Source of the DNA: Moniliella sp. 'wahieum'
Taxonomy: Eukaryota
DNA length: 20,000 nt
Assembly (NCBI GenBank): GCA_003971905.1
Contig: RSEE01000055.1
Location: forward strand, 433,579 to 453,578
Reading direction: 5' to 3'
Made by a program: the position numbers and the translations under genes. The number at the start of each line of letters is the position of its first letter. The first letter of the stretch is position 1. The notes below the pieces were generated by a model, which worked only from the letters and a program-made list of their open reading frames with translations, had not been told where the DNA came from and did no database searches. Positions 1 to 8,311 of this stretch are shown here, in pieces.

Positions 1-1238
1 GCCAGGGAAAGCCAAAGCTTCAGGTTTGTGGCCGGCTATCTGGTTGATGGGCAACTTGGGCCGCGCAGGGTACGGTGCTACCCTAGAAGGAACCTGGCCT
101 TATAGTTACGATGCGTGTGATGTGGGCACCTTGGCCAACCAAACTGACCCAGCCACCAACTTGCCTGATTCTTCAACTTGGGCAACTGCCCCTTTAACCA
201 AAAACACAGTAGCAAGTCCCTTTCCTTCCTCCCGGGACAACGCTTGTCGGCGTGCACGTGCCCAGGAGACGATCATCCCGGTCCGCAGTTCCCCAATGGC
301 TCTTACCCGGGACGCATGGCCCCAGAAATCGACCTGTTTGAGGCCCAGGTCAACCAACAGGAAGGTATGACGGTCAGTCAAAGTTGCCAATTTGCCCCGT
401 ACAAGTATGTATCCCCCCCCCCATCCCCCCTTTCACCCATGTTGGGTTGTTTCCAAATGTCCCACTATTAGGAGAAGAGAGCTGACCGATCGGGGGCTAT
501 GTGATCTTCCATCATTAATCGTTCCGCAGCGCATACTATCGTCCCACTGCCAAACCCATGTTGCTCGACAAACGTACCATTGTCAATAGCTACACGGGCG
601 AGCTTACGCAACAAAGCATGTCGGGCGTCACCCCCACCAACCAACAGGGCATGCAGTACCTCCAGGACAACTCGACGGGAATCTTTACCGAATACGCCGT
701 CGAGTACCAACCGGGTCAAGGGGGTACGTACAATGGTGGGCGAGCGGTACGCCTGCCTGGCGGTTAACTGCGGACGAGTTAGCGGCCGACCCAGTGTCGA
801 AAATTTCCTCCCGCCCCGTCCCGCCCGAACCACTGTACATTCTCGCCAACGTGGGCATCTCGCAAAACTTTGGCACTCCGTCTTGGCAGCAACTCATTTG
901 GCCTTCGGCCATGGAGTTGGATTGGATTCGTGTCTACCAGCCACAAGGTAAGACCAACGTCGGTTGCGACCCTCCGGATTACCCTACCGCAGCCTACATT
1001 GCTCGCCATCAAGAAGCCTACACCAATCCCAATTATACCCTCTGGGGAGGGGGGCTACGGCGCCGTCTGGCCCCGCAACCGTTTGAACCCAGATGGTTGT
1101 AATGCCGTTCCATCTAAAAACCCTGGAAGTCCCACCAAGCCCATGCCCAAGGCTAAAAGTTTCCCTTCCCACGCCATTGGCAACAACCAGCAACAGTGCC
1201 AGATCAATTCGTGGAATGACGGACAGCAGCAGAATTGA
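1..1238 (+). CDS. KRE6: Beta-1,6-glucan synthesis-associated GH16 protein, KRE6/SKN1 family (5' partial; intron 405-529; about 3 frameshifts)
   Basis: Stitched frames read GLWPAIWLMGNLGRAGYGATLEGTWPYSYDACDVGTLANQT...LSFLPGQRLSACTCPGDDHPGP...APEIDLFEAQ (GH16 E-I-D-x-x-E at 325-342)...PEPLYILANVG...MELDWIRVYQ...GCDPPDYPTAAYI...EAYTNPN. The intron GTATGT(405)...GCTGAC...CAG(529) restores the frame (APYN|AYY). Frameshifts lie near 172, in the G-run at 720-724 and in the G-runs at 1044-1055. Confidence 0.93.
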
Positions 1239-1299
1239 GCGGTTGCAAGGAAAGTGGGAGCTCGATTTTGTATGTGCGAAAAAAAGATTTTATCCACTC

Positions 1300-1490
1300 A
1301 CCTTTTCCCCAATTCTCTTCCTGTCCCTGTCCCTGTCTCTCTGTCTCTCTCGGCCTCTCTCTATCCCTCTTCCCACTCACTGTATCTGTCCCTTGGACTC
1401 TCACACGTAATTTTCCTCACTCCCCCCCTTTCCCTCCCGTTTTTATCCCTCACTCTCTCTTCATTTCTCTCCCCCCCTGCCCTATTTCTC
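1300..1490 (+). repeat. CT-rich polypyrimidine low-complexity tract in or after the KRE6 3' UTR
   Basis: Strongly C/T-rich, with CTGTCC and CT repeats. Confidence 0.7.
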
Positions 1491-1496
1491 CACGGT

Positions 1497-1914
1497 GTGA
1501 CCCCCGTGACCTTGGACCCGTCTTTTGCTCTGTATCTAAGAGCGCAGCTCGAGCGAGACAGCCACAGTAAACACCCACAGTTAGGTATAGCCAGTGGCCA
1601 GTGACTAGTGGCTGCGCGCGACCCGCATACAGATACTCCTCGCTCTCTCGTCGGTCTCGGTTCGTCCGTTTGGGGAGAAGCACAATCGCGTTATTTGTTG
1701 GCAGGAATCCGAAGGGCCCCAAACGGAGGAACTGAGCGAAAGGATGATCGATGAAGAGCAAAACAATGAATCCGCGCGGGAGCTCATTATTCGGTGTACA
1801 CAGAGGTGAGTAGCGGGGAACCTTGGAAACGTTTGGAGAACGTAGGACCTCGCCTGGAGGCGAGACTACTGAGGCTCTTGGGGGCGCGGGACGGACACGG
1901 TTAAGGAGGGTTAC
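1497..1914 (+). ncRNA. Candidate structured non-coding RNA of unassigned family
   Basis: A hand-folded hairpin at 1642-1759 has 32 bp including three G.U pairs, with further hairpins at 1829-1843 and 1849-1864. Terminal pairing is possible between 1497-1503 and 1908-1914. There is no credible ORF. Confidence 0.35.
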
Positions 1915-2023
1915 GAGTAACTTATTTAGGGTGATATAAAGAGACGTAGAAGCGCAAGTGGTTCAGATTATTGATTTTCTTTTACCTCAACACTCCAAAT
2001 AATGTGGGCAGTTTAGTTAAGCC

Positions 2024-2108
2024 GGGCGGATAGCTCAGTTGGTAGAGCGCACGCTTCGCATCGTTCTGTGTATTTGTGAGGTCTGGGGTTCGATTCCCTA
2101 TTCGTCCA
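2024..2108 (+). tRNA. tRNA-Ala-CGC: tRNA-Ala, anticodon CGC, with a 12-nt intron at about 2061-2072
   Basis: Acceptor stem GGGCGGA/TTCGTCC carries the G3.U70 alanine identity pair, with discriminator A2108. D-arm GCTC-AGTTGGTA-GAGC, anticodon CGC at 2057-2059, variable loop AGGTC, T-arm TGGGG-TTCGATT-CCCTA. Confidence 0.93.
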
Positions 2109-2119
2109 TTTCTTTTTTT
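2109..2119 (+). terminator. RNA polymerase III T-tract terminator of tRNA-Ala
   Basis: TTTCTTTTTTT immediately follows the tRNA 3' end. Confidence 0.8.
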
Positions 2120-2453
2120 CTTGTTTGGGGAACGGACCACTCTTTTAGCCTCGTTGTGCTAACTGGCTACCACTACTACTACTACCCTCTCGTCGTGGCG
2201 ACCATCGGGGTGGTACATTGCCCCGAGCGCGCCGGACTCTCGTTCTGTTGTTTTAGAGAAATCTCAACACAGCTATCGATGGACCATATGGACCGGAGAG
2301 ATAAAAAGGGCGAATAAGAGCGTAGAAGACGGGGATTACGAAGATCCTGATAAGCACTTGAATCCAAAGCATAGAACTGTGCCCTTCTGATACCTGCCTC
2401 GTAGCCGGTGGGGATAGCAGTATCATCAGTGGACACACAAAAATTTGGTCACT

Positions 2454-2542
2454 GGTGTTTTGTAGTTGGTGTTTGGTGTTTGGAGTTTGTGTTGGTGTTT
2501 GGTGGTTGGTGGTTGGGGGGTGATGATTGATGATTGATGATG
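2454..2542. repeat. Degenerate period-7 tandem array (GGTGTTT / GGTGGTT / GATGATT)
   Basis: About 12 heptamer units read directly from the sequence. Confidence 0.75.
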
Positions 2543-2570
2543 GAAGGCCGAGGGCGTGGTCAAGGGCCCA

Positions 2571-4603
2571 TCAAGGGCCCGTCGACTCGGATCGTAACCG
2601 CTCATTCCATCCGATCTCGACTGGCCGCTCGCGGGGTGGGAGGAACGGTCGTTGTCCTGGCCTCGGTCCGATCGGGAAAAATTTCCGATCCCAACCCAGT
2701 TTCCGACTCGGCATCCCATCGCTCCAATTCCTCCGTCCCATGCGAACCCGACTCCGAATCGGAATCCGATTCGAGGGGGCCTGCACGCTCGCACCGTCGG
2801 TCTTGGTGCCCAAGACCCGCCCAACCCGGGCGACGGAGCACGCACGCTCTTCGGTCGAACAGGCGTCGACGTAGCGGATGCAGATGCAGATGCGACCCCG
2901 AAGCGGAAGCGGACATGGCTGACGTCGAAGGTATCGATCGACCCCACGCTTCTGTCTCAGCAGCTGCATCAGGTGGTGCACCTAGCGCACTACTTTCCTC
3001 AGCGATCGGACTTGCCTCCCTCTCACCCCAGGCGGGCACACTCAGAACGCTCCGGATCGACCCGTGGCTCGACCGACGAGGACGGCGTCGATTCACCAGG
3101 TCGCGGCCCACGCGGCGCAGAGTTCACTGTTGCCCCGTACGTGCTCGTGCTGCGCGCCGCTTGCACTTCAGCACTCAAAGTCAAATCCAGCCGCTGCTCC
3201 AAAGGCCATAGTGCGTTTGCAGTACCGGCCCCAACGAGAGTAAGAGTAGCGCCAAGAGCAGCGTGGGGACAGGATGCGGAGACCACCCGCTGGGATCGGT
3301 GGGATCAGTGGGTTTGGGAAGGTACAGCCACCCTACCACCCCGGCTCCCAACCATGCTTGGCCCGCGTCCAGCCGCTCGTCCGACAACCGTGGCACAACA
3401 AACGTCCGTCGCGGCGTACCCACACTGGCACAGGCTAATGTCACTAGACTCCCACAGGGCCAGAACGCAATTCGCGACCAGAGAAGGTACGCTGCCAAGC
3501 GGTCCGTAGCTTGGGCATGCGAAAGTACCTGACGCCAGTACCCGACGTGGCTTTCTACCACTTCCATCCCAGCTAATGACATGCGCAGCGTACGTCCAGC
3601 TCGTACGCTACTACACAGCTCGGGATCGTCGCCTGCCGCCAAAAATGAAAAAAAAATGAACATGGGGTGAGAGGGGAGTGGTGAGTGGTGAGTACTGAGT
3701 GAACAAGGGCAGCCTTCCGGAACAGATAGCGTCAATACGTACCATCAGTACCCATATCGTTGCCAACATAGGACTCCAGAAGGCTCCGGCACACATGGTG
3801 AGAGACAGGTGCCCGGTAACGAGAATGCTTGCACACTGCCACGGCACTGGGTCAGCTAACTGTAGGGTCCGCACCAGCGCAGAGAGCAAGGGCCAAGAGC
3901 CGAGAACAAAGTGCAAAGTGCAAAGTGCAAAGGGAAGGCGCAACGTACCAGAAAAAGGATGGTCCAGGCGAGGTGCAGCCGAACAGGATGCGCATGGACG
4001 TAGCGTCGGACCGCAGCGAGCAGCTGGGAAAGGTCGGTGTGGCTGCTGGGCCAGTGCCACAAGGGCCGGTCGGCACTAGGAGGGAGGAGGAGAGAGGGAA
4101 GAGGGAAGAGGGAAGGGCAGAGGTCAGGTTGCTGGCTACCTCGTCACGAAGAGGGAAAGCAAAAGTAAAGCGAGGGAGAGGGGAACGTACGGATCGACGT
4201 GGGGCAAGATGCGCGCGACAGTGGTAAAGACAATGGCAAGAACAAGGACGAGGATGAGGGCGGCACGCACGAGGGTGAGCAGCGTGCGTTGCTTAGCTAC
4301 GGGGGGAGGCATTGTAGGCGGAAGAGGGAGCTCGGGTCAGACGCATCGGCCTCAATGTCCAAGTTGACGTGCAGCGGCAAGTGCGAACTAGAACGAAGCG
4401 CGTACAGCGTGCCCCAGTCGTTCCGCCCTAGGTACTCGTCCTCGCCCCATCGGCCGGCTCGACGGGGGCGACAATATCAATGTGCGCACTGGCGTTGGCG
4501 TCGTCCGTGTCGGGCAGGAAGAGGATCGGGCGGGAGGCTCGGCGGGCGGGGAGGCTGGCCGTGCGTGGGAGGCGGTGGGCTCCGGCGTGGACTCGGCGGC
4601 CAT
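2571..4603 (-). CDS. DedA/VTT-domain (SNARE-associated Golgi, TMEM41/Tvp38-like) membrane protein; 4 exons, frameshifted, 3' end uncertain (about 2571-3020)
   Basis: ATG at 4603. Introns 4190-4076, 3948-3836 and 3742-3633 all read GTACGT...YAG on the minus strand. The reconstruction is ...LVRAALILVLVLAIVFTTVARILPHVDP|ADRPLWHWPSSHTDLSQLLAAVRRYVHAHPVRLHLAWTILF..|VQAFSLPGT(fs)LSLTMCAGAFWSPMLATIWVLM|ATIPSCVVAYEL(fs)GRTL...LAAYLLWSRIAFWPCGSLVTLACASVGTPRRTF...TLLLALLLLSLGPVL. QAFSLPG and the helix pattern are characteristic of TMEM41-like proteins, recognised from memory and not by search. Confidence 0.75.
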
Positions 4604-4949
4604 CGCGAGCTGTTTGACCGGCCGGCTGGAGGGGATGGGGGGGTTACTGAGTCGTGTTGTTGTTGTGTTGTGTTGATTGTGGTGGGCGGGCAGGCCGGCA
4701 CGGGGCGGGTGCGCATTAGCTAAGCCAAGCCGCGCCGTCATCCATGCCTGTCACCCATCCCTCCCGCCCAGCCGACGTCGCTCGAGATCGGCCGGACGCA
4801 TCTCACCCATCGCACCTCTCACCCTTGGACCGTCTGGCCACGCCCGACTGGCTACGCAAGAGAGCAAGCAGCTCGTCCAGCGCCTATGTCGCGTCTCCCA
4901 CCACACTTACCACACTTACTTCGTGCTTGCCATCGATTGCAGCTGGTTT

Positions 4950-5834
4950 CTACGCACTGCCCGCGCCAGTCATCGTGGCCTGCGCAGACGACGTGGCAGC
5001 GAGCCGGTTCCGCCTCCGCTCCGCCTCGGCTCCTTCTCCACCTCACTCCTTCACCACCTTTTCAATCTCCGGCAGCTGCAGTGTCCGCATCTGCCCATGC
5101 CCCTCAAACACAGCAGCTCAATGTCTGCCCCAACACGCGTCGTCAGTATCCTCACCGCAGGGAAAAGTAGCAACGGAACCCAGGCTGCCAAACACGCAAG
5201 CAAGCAAGCAAACACGTACTCTTCGCCCCCGTCTGCACCACCTCGAGCAAGCTCTTGACCGCGAGCTTGATCGTGTCTTCCTTGTTCATCTCATCCTTGT
5301 AGTTCTTCTCGAGAAACTCGCGCACCGTCTTGGACGACCGGCCGATGGCACACGCCTTCCACGAGTAAAAGATGCCCGACGGCTCGGTCTGGTACAGCCG
5401 CGGCGTAGGGTCGTTGGGGTCAAAGCCCATGATGAGGCACGAGATCCCGTACGGCCGCACACCACCCGACTGGGTGTACTTTTGCGCCATGCCACCAATG
5501 TAGCGCGTGATGTACTCGACCGTCACGGGGTCCTCGACAGTCAGGCGGTGCGACTGGCATTCGACCCGAGCACGGTCAATCAAAATACGTGCATCGGCCT
5601 GCAGACCAGCAAAGGCAAGACACCATGGTCGTCCAGCATCGCCGTCTTGCGCACCGTACGCGGGTCCTGCAGTTGCAGCACACTCTTCTTCTCCACGCCG
5701 AGCACCACAACGTCCTTGCCCTTCACACCGAGCGCGCAGGTACCCTTGCGCACAGCCTCGTTCGCATAGTCCACCTGGAACAGATGCCCGTCGGGAGAGA
5801 AGACAGTGAGTGCACGGTCGTAGCTGCGGGACAT
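4950..5834 (-). CDS. PRE6: 20S proteasome subunit alpha-4 (PRE6/PSMA7); intron 5219-5125; frameshifted
   Basis: [51 protein letters not shown]...[20 protein letters not shown]...[13 protein letters not shown]...[16 protein letters not shown]...[15 protein letters not shown]...[25 protein letters not shown]. Intron GTACGT(5219)...CTGAC...CAG(5125); TAG at 4952-4950. Confidence 0.96.
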
Positions 5835-5864
5835 GTGGTGGTAGTGGTGGTGGTGGTGGTGGTG
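5835..5864 (-). repeat. (CAC)n microsatellite immediately upstream of the PRE6 ATG
   Basis: About 10 GTG units on the plus strand abut the start codon. Confidence 0.85.
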
Positions 5865-6208
5865 GGGCAAGGCAGCGAGCGCTTGGGCCTGGTTGCTGGT
5901 GCGACACGACGCTTGCTTGGCCCGACCAGGCGGCGCTGACGTTGCCTCGGCCCGTTCCGCCCGGGCGTTCCGCTGTGGGCGACCGTTGATTGATGAGAAT
6001 GGGTGAGGGGCGGCAACGCAGAGTACGTAAGCGTGTGCCAGTAGGGTTGGGCGAGCGGCGCGAGCTTTTTAAATGTTAACATTGAAGGACGCTTATCAAT
6101 ATCAGCCAACTGCGGGCATTCCGTATTGTTCCCATCCCAGCATCCGCCACATCGCATCGCATCCCTCGGCCCTCAGGAGCCACTCTCCGCGGCCACGCCT
6201 CTCCCGCC

Positions 6209-7811
6209 ATGTTCGCCCGCGCCGCGCCCGCCCCACCCCCTCTCCGCCCCATGGCCAGCGCACCCCCCGCCGCGCAGCGCCCATCCCCCGTTTCTCTCCG
6301 CCCCGTCTACGCCCGCAGCAGTGCGCCACCACCCTCGTCTGCTCCATCACCGCCCTGCCCCCGTTCGAGCGCCTGAGCTTGAGGAGCTGCGCGCAGCCGA
6401 CTATGCGCATGGACGCGCCCCGCCTGCCCGCTGATCAGTGCGGCCGATCGCCTGTGGGATCCTTCCTACCATGCCCAGGCACACGAGGAAGCTGGTGGGA
6501 TCATCATGTCGCCGGTTACCCTACCTGGGTACGAGCACCTGAGCTTAGAGGAATTGCGCCTGCTCGATTCCCGTTATGGATTGTGTTTTCCACCTTCCTC
6601 CTGCCCTGTACCTCCAAACGGCACAGCCGCTCACCCCGAACCGCTCACCCCGAATACCGCCCGGCCTCCTTGCCCGATGGATTGTACATGTCCATCACAG
6701 CCATGCCCCCCTACGCCAAAGCCAGCTTCGAAGAGCTCCGGGCGCAGGATTATGCTTGCATGAAAGCCCGAACAAGCTTGGTTGCGTCTCAATCGCCATC
6801 TATATCGAAATTGCCTTCGGAATCGCAATCACAACCGCAATCGGAATCGCAATCGCAATCCGAGCCGGTAGCTTCCGTACCTACTACGCCTACAACCGGC
6901 CCTGCTGTGCCCCACAATGTTGATGCCTTACGGGGACATGAACCACTGGCACCTTTGCCATCGCACTCGGTACCAGCATTGTCGCGCCCACGTTCTTCCT
7001 CTGTGGCTAACGCCAATCCTCCATGCCCCGCTCGAGAGGACAACTGCCCTTTCACCCTACCTGTTCCCCCCACCGCATCAAGCTCCTCCTCACCCCTCGA
7101 CATCGGGATCGACTATGCGCCTATTTGATCCCAACAAGGAAGTGCAATCCATGCCCAAGAGCCTTACCGCAGTCCACCCTTACCTCTGTCCCGCCCTGGA
7201 GGAGCGCCGCCACCGAGCTGGGCGCCTACACGTCCATCGAGCCGGCATCGGGATCGGGATCGGCATCCGCATCGGGTTGGGATTGGTATCCTGCCTTCGT
7301 TCCATTTTCTCTGCACCACTTGAGTTTCATCCGATGGGCTACCACGTCTCCCCTCCCCTTCGCCACCTGGCCACCTTATCCTCGGCCCAGTTGGCTGCAG
7401 TTGACGATCTGACGATCCAAAGGGACGGCTATGGCCTGATCCAGTTCCTCGAACCGGTCGATTTGACCCAGGTACCACTCTCGACCCTCTTGGGCGGCGT
7501 GGTGGTGGTGCGCAAGAAGACCGTGCTGCTGTACCCAGACGCAAAGGAAGTGGACGAATCGGCAGAGGGCGTAGTGGATGGCTGGATCGGCGTTCCACGT
7601 CCACCAGTAGGAAGGGATTGTTGCGCACAGCTTTGGTACGCTTGGAACAGTGCTGGCCTACCACCATACCGCACACTAACTGGCCCATTCGCGATACTGC
7701 CCATCCTGCCTCCCGTCGGTACGTGGCGAGCTTGCGCGCCCGCCGAAGCAACGCTTTGTCGCGTACGACGCAGACAAGGGCCGCTGGACTTTCCTCACAC
7801 ACTGGGATTGA
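6209..7811 (+). CDS. Nup98/Nup116-family-derived protein: 3-4 GLEBS motifs plus a C-terminal nucleoporin autopeptidase-like (peptidase S59) domain, with no FG repeats; frameshifted, start uncertain
   Basis: GLEBS-like motifs are SITALPPFERLS(x)EELRAADY (6343-6404), SPVTLPGYEHLSLEELRLLDS (6509-6571) and SITAMPPYAKASFEELRAQDY (6691-6753). The APD-like region at 7334-7811 reads GYHVSPPLRHLATLSSAQLAAVDDLTIQRDGYGLIQFLEPVDLT...VLLYPD...PPVG(fs)GLLRTALVRLEQCWP...(fs)FVAYDADKGRWTFLTHWD*. The putative ATG at 6209 is in GCCATG context. Confidence 0.8.
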
Positions 7812-8239
7812 GTGATGCATGATGGGAATGAGCACAGCGTGGGGGTAAGCGTGCGGTTGGTGGGATCCTTTTTCTTCTTTCTTTTGAGCCCGATTGGGTT
7901 GGAGTGTGCATGTGGATCGGAGCAAACATCTGGGAAACTGTCGCAACCAACAGATATATAGTCCGCGTAGATCTTACGCCCTTGGATGGGTCGTGAACGA
8001 TGCGTGGTGATCGACAAGTACCAAGTGCGGGCGCGTTGAAACGTTGAAGATTCAATTGAATGGCGAGGGGCGTCCACGCGTCACCTATCTTTCACGCATC
8101 ATCCGTTTCCCTGCTGCCTCCGTCGCTGTTCCGCCAGAGGGCGGAATGGGGCGTGCAGCGCACTGATGCATGATGCTGCGCCATCGCATGCCATGTCGCA
8201 GATGGCTCCCCTCAGGCCTCCCGGGCGCCACCACCACCG

Positions 8240-8300
8240 ATTGCCACCCATTGCCACCGCCATTGCCACCGCCATTGCCACCGCCATCGCCACCATTGCC
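8240..8300 (+). repeat. 12-bp tandem repeat (CATTGCCACCGC, about 4 copies) upstream of the TAF1 start
   Basis: Read directly; translates as IATA repeats. Confidence 0.8.
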
Positions 8301-8311
8301 TGTTGCGCACG

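Noticed and set aside
1779..1870. ATTCGGTG, CGTAGGAC and GGAGCTCATT, resembling RNase P or MRP conserved regions
   Set aside because: No complementary partner forms the P4 helix, there is no GGGAAA/GAAAG CR-I, and the spacing is incompatible.
1900..1915. Minus-strand TAACCCT, resembling a telomerase template
   Set aside because: It is only 7 nt, lacks the full TAACCCTAA, and is on the strand disfavoured by the G.U pairs.
2527..3532. Long plus-strand ORFs of 115-285 aa
   Set aside because: They are antisense shadows of the GC-rich minus-strand DedA-like gene.
4677..5939. 341-aa and other plus-strand ORFs, and the poly-His N-terminus of ORF 5580..5870
   Set aside because: The plus-strand ORFs are antisense to PRE6. 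The His run comes from a 5' UTR (CAC)n repeat behind a non-ATG start.
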